64,000 nucleotides of DNA from Savitreella phatthalungensis (Eukaryota), in assembly GCA_051599415.1 (NCBI GenBank), contig AP039694.1, positions 496,001-560,000 of the forward strand, given 5' to 3'. Of this stretch, positions 23,301 to 32,597 are shown piece after piece. Each line of letters begins with the position of its first letter. The first letter of the stretch is position 1. The position numbers and the translations under genes are program-made. The notes beneath the pieces are model-generated. The model did not search any database. It saw nothing but the letters and a program-made list of their open reading frames with translations, and was not told the DNA's origin.

Positions 23301-25601
23301 TGCACGCACGAGGGATGGCTTGGCTGACAGAATCAGCTGACCTTGAGAGACGTTCTTGCCAATAATGACAGCCTCTTTGAGGTGGCCACCGACGCGAATG
23401 CGTTTGAATGCCTTCTCGCCTTTCTCCTCATCGCCGTCGGCAAAGTGGCCAGCTTCAATCGAGCCTGTGAGCTTCTCGCCCTCGACATGGACACTGACGA
23501 CTGCATGGTCCTTCGTCTTGTCCGTGAAGTCGCAAGCGACGATGGCTCCTATCTCGGCACTGCGAAGTGTGTCTACGTCGACCGAAGCGCCAGCCTTGCA
23601 CGAGACAACCATTCGTCTGCGCTCCACGTCAACCTCGATCACGCGAACATTCACAGTCTGTCCAACTCGGAAATGCTCGCGAGGATCAGCAATGTGCGCC
23701 TCGCTCATCTGACTGACAGGCAGGAATGCTTTCGTGTTGCCGTAAAAGTCGACGAGAGCACCTTTGTCGAGAAGTTTGGAAATGACAGCCTGAGTTTGCT
23801 TGCCGAGAGCTGCGCGTGAGAGCTCTGACACGATGTCTTCGGTGTCGACATTGATCCAAGACTTCTTCATAGTCATATTGACATTCTGCCTGGTAGGGTC
23901 AAGCGACAGAATCTTGCCCTTAACGTCGCTACCGACCTTGAACTTCTGCTCAGGGAACTGGAGCTTGACGTCGGCAACATGCAATTCCGGGACGCGAGCA
24001 ACAAGGGACTTAGACAGTCGCACGAAGACTGCTCCATTGCGTACGGCTTCCACCTTGCCCTTGACGAGCTGGCCGACGTGGAGATCAGCAGTGCTGAAGA
24101 GCTTCGATTGAACGACTGAAGGCTCTGTTGAGATGCTAAGCACGCCATCCAGTGCGTTGAAGCCGACGACACGAGCAGCGTGGCGTGAGCCAATTTTGAA
24201 GTTGCCGGATGTGGCGTCCAGTTCTTTGACCTTGTCGTCGGCAATTCGAGAGATGTGGACAAAGCCTGGGGTGCTTTCGAGGCCGACGTTGGCCCATAGC
24301 CCCAGGTGCGGAACAACAGAGGTGATGGTGACTGAGTCCAGAACCGTGCCGTAAGGAAGCGCCTCGCTGGGGTTTTGGGCCTTCGTGGCATCGGCGCTGG
24401 GCGATTTGAGGTTGAGCACGAGAGACAAGATCGAGACGGCTACTTTGCGCTCGCCATCGACATCATTGCAGAAGAGAACACGGGCAGGGATTCGTTGGCC
24501 GAGAGTGACAGAGCCGCTCTTGAGACCTTGACGAGCGTGGAATGGATCGCATGTTACGTCCTGTAAGCCGAAAGCGCGACCGACAAAGCCACCGCCTTCC
24601 TGCTCATCTGTGGGCACGACATCGATGCAATCGCCCGGCAGCAGAGCCCTGACATCCACGAGCTCTTTGACGCGGAGTTTCGTGGCATTGTTCTGGATAG
24701 CTGGGGTGAGCTGAAGGACTTTGCCGTTCTTCTCGACCTCCAATACGCGACAGAGGGTTACCTGGCCCTCTTTGAGCTTTGTCTCACCAAGTTGTTTGCT
24801 CTTGATGAAGCCTGTGCTGCCTTCGATGCCAGTCTCTACAACAATGCCGTGGTCTTCAACGCTGCGGACTGAAACCTGGACGAGCGCATTCTTTTGCACA
24901 GTACGGCGATCGTGCCCAGCATTGACAACGGAGGGCTTGAGAGTCAGATCGATTCTGTTCTTCTTGCTTGCGTCCTTGCCCTGTTGCGGTGTAGAAGCGA
25001 TGACAGAGGTGCGAAGATACTGACCAGGCGCGAATAATGTGGTCAGCTTTGGTAGGTCCGGCAGATCCATGTCATCATCATTATCCGAGTCGTCCACGCC
25101 TTCCACAAGCTTCGCCAGCTCATCCGAGACCTCGACGAGGGAAACAAAGCCAAGCAAATTGTTCGGCAGAGCGATGACAAGGTCGTCATTGTTGACAGCC
25201 GAAATTTGACCAAGAACCTGTGTTCCCTGTGTAGCTCGTTTATATGACAATCCGGCAGCGTGTTGGACTGTACCATCTACTGGCTTCTTTCCCGTGCCTC
25301 CTGACTTGCGCTTCTTGCTCTTGTTTGACTTTGTGGCAATAGCTCCGGTTGAGCCACGGCTGATGTCATTGTCATCGACATCCTCGTCTTCACCATCGTC
25401 CAAGAATGCTTCCCTGCGAGCTTCTTGTGTAGCTTCCTTATACTCTAAAGGTGTGAGAGAGCTACCTCCACCACGTGGGAATGCTGCCACTTCAGTCTTG
25501 GATGTCAATGTAGCAGGACGGGTCTGTGTAGTTGGAAGAGCGGTGGAGGGTGTTCCGGTTGATTCCCTCTTGCGCTTCTTTGTCTCTGCGACAGGAGCCA
25601 T
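20361..25601 (-). CDS. RRP5: rRNA biogenesis protein Rrp5 (S1 repeats + HAT/TPR)
   Basis: FPRGGGSSLTPLEY, many S1 domains, acidic linker, DFERLVLGDPNNSLHWVRYMAY, FKKWLALEKKHG; 1746 aa. Confidence 0.97.
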   Translation of the reverse strand: MAPVAETKKRKRESTGTPSTALPTTQTRPATLTSKTEVAAFPRGGGSSLTPLEYKEATQEARREAFLDDGEDEDVDDNDISRGSTGAIATKSNKSKKRKSGGTGKKPVDGTVQHAAGLSYKRATQGTQVLGQISAVNNDDLVIALPNNLLGFVSLVEVSDELAKLVEGVDDSDNDDDMDLPDLPKLTTLFAPGQYLRTSVIASTPQQGKDASKKNRIDLTLKPSVVNAGHDRRTVQKNALVQVSVRSVEDHGIVVETGIEGSTGFIKSKQLGETKLKEGQVTLCRVLEVEKNGKVLQLTPAIQNNATKLRVKELVDVRALLPGDCIDVVPTDEQEGGGFVGRAFGLQDVTCDPFHARQGLKSGSVTLGQRIPARVLFCNDVDGERKVAVSILSLVLNLKSPSADATKAQNPSEALPYGTVLDSVTITSVVPHLGLWANVGLESTPGFVHISRIADDKVKELDATSGNFKIGSRHAARVVGFNALDGVLSISTEPSVVQSKLFSTADLHVGQLVKGKVEAVRNGAVFVRLSKSLVARVPELHVADVKLQFPEQKFKVGSDVKGKILSLDPTRQNVNMTMKKSWINVDTEDIVSELSRAALGKQTQAVISKLLDKGALVDFYGNTKAFLPVSQMSEAHIADPREHFRVGQTVNVRVIEVDVERRRMVVSCKAGASVDVDTLRSAEIGAIVACDFTDKTKDHAVVSVHVEGEKLTGSIEAGHFADGDEEKGEKAFKRIRVGGHLKEAVIIGKNVSQGQLILSAKPSLVRAAKGNTLLKELEDAKVGFKYAGSIAKVYDYGVLVQFVHGLTGLCLKSELAEEYIATPASVFRPSQSIEATVTSVDAAQRKLLVSFREKPTIGSASNGTAVNDLVQAKIIGIRQTQLNLELPNGMHGRVDVSSIFDSADDIRNKRHPLKGFQAGATITVRIIGRHDPRTHKFLPLTHRMSNASTMAECSLKPSAIADADAPVLTLRQVKKGKIYLGFVNKVADDSVWVSLSPSVRGRVKLVDLADLTTGTQSTGVDQAYVPGQALNLRVINIDIANDHLDLSERAVDQDVIAITSLKSLKIGQQLPGRVTKVLESGLLVQLSESVVGRVSLTDIADEDIADPTSQVATNAVVSVTVKAIDLPNKRLSLSLRDPAPNAKDPEINAVADLKEGATYRGYIKNVADHGLFVELGRNVTARVKIAELSDDFVKDWRRLFTIHQLVEGRVLSVDTKSSRVEFSLRKTPSGKTARNTSADAADLSMLSKGDIVDATVKKIETFGIFLTTTDHHIDGLCHKSQVADKAVGDLAKIYSPGDLVRAIVLEVDEKKRRVSFGLKASYFDDNEQAEDDEDEDEDDGEVDMDDADNDDAEFEEDDEEEEEEEEDDDGYVDEDESMEGDADAPAVKAGGFDLDAGDVFGDNADESDADSSDDDEAGEVSRKNKKRKNNRQVKSIDDEPTTPEDFERLVLGDPNNSLHWVRYMAYYLESSDVGRARSIAERALGAIHYRELSEKLNVYNALLNLECSFGDEDTLEAVFKRACTSHDPRDMHARLAGVYIRAGKNAEAEEIFKKAVQRFGSTDPRVWQEYADWLARQQDRIDDARSVYARSFKSLPERDHVAHMERFARLEYHLGEPERGATLFEGLLASYPKKLDVWFVYIDQEVAAALRQAKAEGIQPIRDVDDDDETLGDEEDVDALRLPLGELLTPARKLFVRVLDDASPLKLSVKKAKSVFKKWLALEKKHGSEDDVERVKARAVAFVESH

Positions 25602-25651
25602 GGTTGTCAGATAGGGAGCTCACAGCCCTTTGACAAGCGAAATGACTACTG

Positions 25652-25659
25652 TGTGACTG
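25652..25659 (-). promoter_or_regulatory. HomolD-like box (CAGTCACA) upstream of RRP5
   Basis: TGTGACTG on the + strand, about 50 bp upstream of the RRP5 ATG. It matches the S. pombe HomolD core promoter element. Confidence 0.45.
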
Positions 25660-26062
25660 GCCTTGCACTGCTGCTGCTGCTACTGCTACTGCTGCACAAG
25701 AGTATCTCGAGTGTTGACTTATGTGTTCGAGTGTGTGCCTGAAGTGCCTGTTCTCAAGTCAAGCTTGATCCAATATCGATATCATGTACTGTACAGTATA
25801 TGCATTGTGTGATCGGGCACGTGTTTACCATCTCAATGCGGGATGCTCGATTCCATACGGGGATCGATGGAGCTTATGGACGAGTGTTCAGGAAGCTACT
25901 CAGTCGCAGCTGTGGATTCACAAGGATAGCTAGTCACAGCTCGACGGATCGACTAGCACGAGAGATTGATTCCTGGAAGGCTAGTTCTGTTTGATATCAT
26001 CACTCGCAAAACTCTTCTATTAACTTGATCAGACACGGCAGACCATAGACGTATTCTCGGAC

Positions 26063-27853
26063 ATGACTCTGCCGATATCCGCTGATGACGTGGTAGCAGC
26101 TGCAGATCGGATCAAGGATCACGTTCACAAGACACCTGTGCTGACGTCCACATTCATCGACGAGCTTGCATCAACGTTGACGCAAAAGCGAAGGCTGCTC
26201 TTCAAATGCGAGCATTTGCAGAAGATTGGTGCTTTCAAGATCAGAGGAGCCACGAACGCGCTTCTGCTCACGAGTGCAGAAGACCGTGCAAAGGGAGTCG
26301 TCACACATTCATCTGGCAATCATGCTCAGGCTTTAGCGCTCGCTGCAAGACAGCTCGGCGTCAAGGCTACGATCGTCATGCCAAGTACTTCACCACAGGT
26401 CAAAAAGGATGCAGTTCGTGGTTATGGTGCTAAAGTGGTCGAATGTGAGCCGACTCTTGAAGCGCGTGAGACCGAGTGCCAAAAGATCATCGACGAGACC
26501 GGTGCCACCTTCATCCACCCTTACAACGACCCGCGAGTGATGGCAGGACAAGGAACACAAATGCTTGAGCTACTCGAACAAGCTGTCGAGATCGGTAGGC
26601 CCCTAGATGCAGTCCTCATACCTCTAGGCGGCGGAGGCATGCTCAGTGGATGTGCTACAGCTGCAAAAGCCGTATCACCGTCCACTAAGGTGTTCGGCGC
26701 AGAGCCGCAAGAGGCAGATGATGCATACCGATCATTCAAATCTGGCGAGATCCAGGCGCCTGTGCCTCCAAAATCAGTTGCTGATGGCCTGTTGACAGCA
26801 CTCGGTCCGAACACGTTCGCCGTCATCATGGACAGAGTAGACGATATTTTTCTTGTTACCGAGGAACAGATCATCAGGGCTATGAAGCTCGTTTGGGAGC
26901 GGATGAAGCAGGTCATTGAGCCATCCGGCGCTGTTGGCTTGGCTGTGGCATTATACAACGAGAAGTTCCGTGCTCTCGAAGGTATTTCCGACATTGGCGT
27001 CATCCTGTGTGGCGGCAATGTGCAGCTTGATCGGGCGATGAAGCTGTTTGCAAACCTGGATCAGCAAATTTCCCCAGCCACGCAACCAACCACAAGGTCA
27101 GTAATCCTCCTCAAGACAAAGTCGACGCCAAAAGACCCTTACGAGTCAGAGTTCATGTCTCGTGGCTACAAGCCATACTTTGTGCCTGTCCTCTCGCACG
27201 CCATGGTGAATTTGGCTGACTTGCAACAGAGATTAAGTGCTATTGACCAGTACAGCGGCTTGATTGTGACAAGTCAACGCTCCGTAGAGGCTGTCGCGGA
27301 CATGATCGCAGCTCTGACGACTTCACAGAAGACTGCTCTACTACAGAAGCCAGTCTACACGGTCGGACCCGCGACTCATGCGGCAATCTCTCGCATTGGG
27401 TTTTCCGACATCCGAGGCAGCGAGTCCGGTAATGGTGACGCTCTAGCGACTTTCATTCTCCGCGAGCGACCAGAAAACGAGATTCGTCCATTTTTCTTCA
27501 TTGTCGGCGACAAGCGACGAGACATCATTACAAAACGCATGGCTGCCGCTGGAATTCCGCTCGAAGAGCTTGTGGTGTACGAGACTGTGACAGCTTCCAC
27601 GTTCATCTCGGACTTCCAGAGTGCGACTATGGATGCAGGAAACAGCATTGAATGGCTCGTGTTCTTCTCACCCGCAGGAGCAGACGTCGCCCTCGAGTTT
27701 GTCAAACGGTCAGGAAATCGAACTCGGATCGCCACGATTGGTCCGACTACATACGACTACTTGGTCAACACCTGGAGCATCACACCACAAGTCGTCTCGC
27801 CAAAACCAGAGCCTGTGTCACTTGTAACTGCACTCGTCAATCACTCTGTATGA
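26063..27853 (+). CDS. Fusion: serine racemase/dehydratase (fold-type II PLP enzyme) + uroporphyrinogen-III synthase (Hem4/HemD)
   Basis: aa 1-~330 carry KCEHLQKIGAFKIRGA, HSSGNHAQA, GGGGML, EPSGA and LCGGN. aa ~345-596 carry VILLKTKSTPKDPY, GLIVTSQRSVEA, VYTVGPAT, SGNGDALA, GDKRRDII, ELVVYET, VFFSPAG and ATIGPTT. One continuous ORF. Confidence 0.92.
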   Translation: MTLPISADDVVAAADRIKDHVHKTPVLTSTFIDELASTLTQKRRLLFKCEHLQKIGAFKIRGATNALLLTSAEDRAKGVVTHSSGNHAQALALAARQLGVKATIVMPSTSPQVKKDAVRGYGAKVVECEPTLEARETECQKIIDETGATFIHPYNDPRVMAGQGTQMLELLEQAVEIGRPLDAVLIPLGGGGMLSGCATAAKAVSPSTKVFGAEPQEADDAYRSFKSGEIQAPVPPKSVADGLLTALGPNTFAVIMDRVDDIFLVTEEQIIRAMKLVWERMKQVIEPSGAVGLAVALYNEKFRALEGISDIGVILCGGNVQLDRAMKLFANLDQQISPATQPTTRSVILLKTKSTPKDPYESEFMSRGYKPYFVPVLSHAMVNLADLQQRLSAIDQYSGLIVTSQRSVEAVADMIAALTTSQKTALLQKPVYTVGPATHAAISRIGFSDIRGSESGNGDALATFILRERPENEIRPFFFIVGDKRRDIITKRMAAAGIPLEELVVYETVTASTFISDFQSATMDAGNSIEWLVFFSPAGADVALEFVKRSGNRTRIATIGPTTYDYLVNTWSITPQVVSPKPEPVSLVTALVNHSV

Positions 27854-28150
27854 TGGCATGCAGTCCAAGAGGCGGCTCAGTGGCTTAATTCTTGGTCCTG
27901 AGTAAAGCGACGTCCAGCATACTTTCGATCTGCATTCAGTTTTATCTTTTCAATCAAGTATTTCATGACCCCCACGCACGCGAATTGATCAAGATGCAGA
28001 GTGCCCGAGATGGAATCCAAGCAGTATATTTGCGTCATAGTGAATTGGTCGTAAAGGACGTGTTGTTCGGCGCACCATCTGGCAGACCGCGTCGTTTGGC
28101 GTAGTACCGATGGTTTGCCCCGGCTAAAAGGGGGCGAGAAGGCGTATATT

Positions 28151-29698
28151 ATGTCGCGTCTGGGCCATGCCCCTATCACAGAAGCATACGCCAGCCTGTT
28201 GTCTCGCGGAGTGATGCGTCCTGATCCCCTCCAAGCAGCTCTCGTCGACCGCCTGGCGAAAGTCCAGCTGTCGGTACTCGACCCGGTGCACTACAAGGAT
28301 GGCCCCGGAGATGGGCGCATCCGGGGATTGTACGTCCACGGTGGCGTGGGCACGGGTAAGACAAAGCTTGTGGACTTGTTCCACTCGACGCTGTCGAGCT
28401 CGATTGGCAGTGGTTCTGGCGGTCACGGTGGGATGAGCGGGTCAGCTGTGCGGACGCGGCGGGTACACTTTCATGATTTTATGCTCTCAGTTCACGCGCG
28501 CCTGCACGCGCTCAGGACACAGGCAGACGCCGCTCTGTCCGGGATGTCGGTCCTCGAGGCTGTGGTCGCGCGACAACGCAGAGCGGCTGCTGCAGCGGCA
28601 TTGGTCGATCCGCTCGTGACGCTCGGACGTCAGATTTTCCTGGAGTCTCCCGTTCTCGTGCTCGATGAGTTCCAGGTCAGCGATATTGCGGACGCCATGA
28701 TCCTGAAGAGATTGTTCCATAGCATCTGGAATCCACTGACTGGCAACCAGGAAGATGACAGGGATGTCAACAGTACGCTCGGAAAACTTGGGGCAGGGGT
28801 TCTGGTGGCTACAAGTAATCGTCCACCGCGCGACCTATATGAAAACGGTCTCAATCGAGGGCTATTTTTACCTTTCATTGATGAGCTCGAGCAGATGTGC
28901 GACGTCTGGCCGATGAATGGCAAGGTCGACTACAGACTCGGCCGCCCGCGGAAGAAGCGATCCAGTAGATCCGGAGACGGCGGCAATAGTACAGACGACT
29001 CCGCAGTCGAAACGTTCTTCCTAGATCGCGCTCAATTTGACGCTGCGCTTGAAGGCGAGCTCGCCGGTCGTCCTTTGCAGGTGGCAACGTTGCCTATCGG
29101 CATGGGTCGCTCGCTTGACGTAAGTCTGACTGCAGCTACAGAGGATGGCGAACGGATCGCACACGCATCCTTCCGACAGCTATGTATGGCTAGCCTGTCG
29201 CCACTCGACTACCTCGGCTTGTGCAAGCACGTCGACGTGCTGTACATGTCGGATCTGAGACCATTGAGGGCTGATGAGCTGGATTTTGCCCGTCGACTGA
29301 TCACACTCATCGACGTTGCGTACGAGCGACGCGTTCGAGTGGTGTGTCAATCGACTGCGCCGCTCGCACATACATTTGCGGCGCTCGTACCAGGTGGTGC
29401 TCCGGTGATTGTGCAAGCGGCTGCAGCTCAGGCAGCTGCCGCACACGACGAGGGCGATCTGAGCGAGCGCAAGGCCGTGGCGCGAGGCATTGCAGAGATG
29501 ACTGTCAAGGGCGAGGGAGGTGCATCGTCGAGCAAATCAGCCACGTATATCGGCGAAACCGAATGGTCGGCCACTGGGCTTCCTGCATCGTTGGCACAAG
29601 GCGGCGCAGGTGAGACAGATGTTCGTTTCGCCGTGGGTAGAGCGATCTCTCGGCTATATGAGATGGCCTCGGCTGATTATGGCCTTCATGTAGAATAG
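28151..29698 (+). CDS. AFG1/LACE1/ZapE-family AAA+ ATPase
   Basis: [13 protein letters not shown] (Walker A), [26 protein letters not shown] (Walker B), [26 protein letters not shown]. Start codon uncertain. Confidence 0.92.
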   Translation: MSRLGHAPITEAYASLLSRGVMRPDPLQAALVDRLAKVQLSVLDPVHYKDGPGDGRIRGLYVHGGVGTGKTKLVDLFHSTLSSSIGSGSGGHGGMSGSAVRTRRVHFHDFMLSVHARLHALRTQADAALSGMSVLEAVVARQRRAAAAAALVDPLVTLGRQIFLESPVLVLDEFQVSDIADAMILKRLFHSIWNPLTGNQEDDRDVNSTLGKLGAGVLVATSNRPPRDLYENGLNRGLFLPFIDELEQMCDVWPMNGKVDYRLGRPRKKRSSRSGDGGNSTDDSAVETFFLDRAQFDAALEGELAGRPLQVATLPIGMGRSLDVSLTAATEDGERIAHASFRQLCMASLSPLDYLGLCKHVDVLYMSDLRPLRADELDFARRLITLIDVAYERRVRVVCQSTAPLAHTFAALVPGGAPVIVQAAAAQAAAAHDEGDLSERKAVARGIAEMTVKGEGGASSSKSATYIGETEWSATGLPASLAQGGAGETDVRFAVGRAISRLYEMASADYGLHVE

Positions 29699-29732
29699 GA
29701 TAGGGAATTGGCGAAAGGGTGTTATTGCTTGC

Positions 29733-30356
29733 TCACACGGGACCTGTCTCAAGCCAATCTGCAGCATTTCCGTCCACCCTCATCCTTCGCTTTGTGATCC
29801 GAGGGTCTCTGCCGCCCTCTGGAACGTTGCCGAAGCGCGACGGTGGCCAGATGATCTTTGAGACCTTCGACTGGATCAGGTTGATTGGCACGGGGCCGTA
29901 AGTGTTTGAATCCGTCGAATGGAAGCGCTCGTCTCCTTCAACCCAGACATGGCCTTGTGGGACTGTGACCACATGGCCAGCTTCAGGCGCGCGCGTGCTG
30001 ACGATATCGCCCGCGAGAGCGACGACTCGTTTTGTCACGAGCCTGTTCTGAGTAGGGCTGCGCATGACGACGACTTCTCCGCGGCGGAAGAGGTCCGAAG
30101 GATCATGCGGAGTGCTGGAGGACGAATCTGCCGGTCGGGAGTGACGACCGAACCAGAACCACTTGTTCTCGAGTACCCAGTCTCGCCAGAGCAAGTTTGA
30201 CTCAGGATTGAAGGCTGGTTTCATGGAAATACCATCCACAACGGCGATGCTTGCAACATGATTCTCAATGAAGATCAGCGGTGGTAACCAGCTAAGAAGA
30301 ATCAAGGATTGTCTGAATAGCGTTCGTGCGAAAGCAGATGACGCTGTACCAGTCAT
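29733..30356 (-). CDS. IMP2: Mitochondrial inner membrane peptidase subunit (S26), IMP2-like
   Basis: VDGISMKPAFNP (Ser), KRVVALAGD (Lys), VPQGHVWVEGD..HSTDSNTYGPVP, IIWPPSRF. Confidence 0.88.
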   Translation of the reverse strand: MTGTASSAFARTLFRQSLILLSWLPPLIFIENHVASIAVVDGISMKPAFNPESNLLWRDWVLENKWFWFGRHSRPADSSSSTPHDPSDLFRRGEVVVMRSPTQNRLVTKRVVALAGDIVSTRAPEAGHVVTVPQGHVWVEGDERFHSTDSNTYGPVPINLIQSKVSKIIWPPSRFGNVPEGGRDPRITKRRMRVDGNAADWLETGPV

Positions 30357-31173
30357 CGACCCTGCAAGAGGCTGCAAAGGGAAGCACAACTCCCTTAGCA
30401 AGTTGGGTCCTTGTCAGGAAGGGTGTGCCTGCACGCTAATTATCGTGCATCCACATCAGACTGTACGTAATTTTAGATCTGAGTATGCATCTGTCCACAG
30501 CCTCACCATGCATGTGGAAGCATCGAGGACTGAAGCTTCCATATGCATAGAAATTGCCGTGATACGTATAATGAAAGATTGATGGGAGACGCCACAGTGA
30601 GGCTGGGATTTCCAATACACGTGTAGTTAAAGCTCGCAGGAGCATTCCCTGTGTCCTTCTCGGCTATATCACTGGCAAAAAGTCAAAGACATCATCGGCA
30701 CACGAATGACTAGGAGATGCAGGCTTCTCCTACTTCTGCGCAGTGAATATACAGAAGGGAGCGAGTCACGCCGATGAGCGAACGATAGTCAATGTTCTAT
30801 CGTAAGAATTAAAAGATTCACCAGACCATCTTGTCATTGAACCCATCCATTTCTTGTATTGAAGGTTCAGTTGGGGGGAATGGGAATTTGTTTACTACTT
30901 TCACTTCTTCAACCAATTCCGTTGTCATTTGTTTACTTTTTTCCTTTTTTTCCTTTTGATCAGCCGGTTTTCCAGCTTTGCTGCTTATGACTTTTTGCGT
31001 CGGCCTGTTGAATCTGTATTTTCACCTGGATCAGATTCAATTCACTTCACGATTGGAGGCCACTCCCGCACATTCTGACTTGACCGGCAAGTGCGTGCTC
31101 GCGCGCGTGTGTGTGTATGTGTGTCATGGCCAGCACTCGCACAGGCTCACCACACGGCACCCCCAACAACCAA

Positions 31174-31227
31174 CACATCCACACCCACATCCACACCCAC
31201 ATCCACATCCACATCCACATTCACACT
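31174..31227. repeat. (CACATC/CACACC)n hexamer repeat upstream of the 31430 gene
   Basis: Tandem cacatc/cacacc units seen directly. Confidence 0.8.
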
Positions 31228-31429
31228 CCTGCCCACTTCTCCTACACACTCGGAGATACGCTCCAGCCGCTAGCTTACCCATACACCTCCGGATACACGC
31301 CTTCGGCCACTCCGTCTGACAATCACGTTCCCGGAATCACGCATCACCAACACATTCGGTCTTGCTCATCGTCCTGAAGACAGGTCGCGCTTACAGAGTC
31401 TCCATTGATCTGTTGCTAAATCAGTCGCA

Positions 31430-32377
31430 ATGTCTCTTGCAAAGTACAAAAAATCAGAGCTGAAGGAGATCCTCGACAAGCTCAAGCTGTCAACGGAAGG
31501 TCTCAAGCAGGAAATGGAGGATCGCATCGATGCCTACCTCCAGGACAAGAAGCAGACCCTCGACGACCTCCCTGAGCTCAAGGACTTCTTCAACGAGAAT
31601 GTGTCATCGCCGGTCAAGCGCGCGCGCAAGTCGGTCGCCAACACGGTTTCTGACGAGGCCGACAAGGTGACGGAAGCCGTCAAGCCTTACGTGGATGCTG
31701 TTGCCGACCTCGATGTGTCACCGTCAAAGGTGGCCAAGTGGGCAAACGACACGCGCGACAAGGTGGTCGCACAGTCAAAGGCGAGCCTCCAGTCCGCACC
31801 TGGTGTGAAGGAGCTCCCATCGACAATCGACGAGCTCCGCGCGGGCTTGTCCAAGGTGAGCTCTGTGGCGATCGTCGCAGCGTCTGTTGAGGCGGTGCTG
31901 CTGGCTAAGCACCTGCTCCCGTTGTCAACCGAGGTCAAGCTCTTTGGGTTCGGTGCTCTCTCAATCCCGGACCTCCTCGTCGTCCTCGCCCTCGACAGCT
32001 TCTGGAAGCCGCTTCTCGCTTGGGCGCTATTCCAGATCATCCCGCTCATCCTCGGCTCCCTGTTCAACCTTCGATCGGCAGCCGCGCACGTCCACGGCAG
32101 CAGCAGCACAGCAGCACGTTCAGGTCGCCGCGCTTCCTCCCCAGCTGCATCAAGCAACAGCAACAGCCTGCAGACAAGCTCCTACGTCGTCGACCCTGTC
32201 ACCTTTGCAGCTGCAAAGCTCCTCCTAGTCCAGATCATCTTCGAGTCTGGAATCGGCAAGCAGTTGCTGGGCCGTAAGCAGATCGCTCTACTCGAGCTCG
32301 CTGTTGGTGAGAAGGTCATCTTCACCTCGGCCGCCGTCACCCTCCTCTTCGCCCTCTACGAGGCCATCCTCCTCTGA
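31430..32377 (+). CDS. Membrane protein with N-terminal SAP-like motif (GTT3-like fungal family)
   Basis: KKSELKEIL..L.LSTEGLKQEMEDRI (SAP-like), SSPVKR, then hydrophobic segments with IPDLLVVL..FWKP, VDPVTFAAAK and terminal LYEAILL. Confidence 0.6.
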   Translation: MSLAKYKKSELKEILDKLKLSTEGLKQEMEDRIDAYLQDKKQTLDDLPELKDFFNENVSSPVKRARKSVANTVSDEADKVTEAVKPYVDAVADLDVSPSKVAKWANDTRDKVVAQSKASLQSAPGVKELPSTIDELRAGLSKVSSVAIVAASVEAVLLAKHLLPLSTEVKLFGFGALSIPDLLVVLALDSFWKPLLAWALFQIIPLILGSLFNLRSAAAHVHGSSSTAARSGRRASSPAASSNSNSLQTSSYVVDPVTFAAAKLLLVQIIFESGIGKQLLGRKQIALLELAVGEKVIFTSAAVTLLFALYEAILL

Positions 32378-32597
32378 GAACTATTCGTATTCTCGGAGGA
32401 TCGAGAGCGTGTACAGAGTCTGTATATAGTCGCGAGGACGGAGGATGGGTTGGAAGATAAAATTGTAGGCCATAGGCTAGCCCGTGTACTGTCAAACCAA
32501 TCGAGAGCAGCAGGTCGAAAGGAGGAAGACTTTTATATATTGCGTACGTCGAGATTCTTTCACCCTTGGACCACGTCGTGACAATGTGTATACGTCC

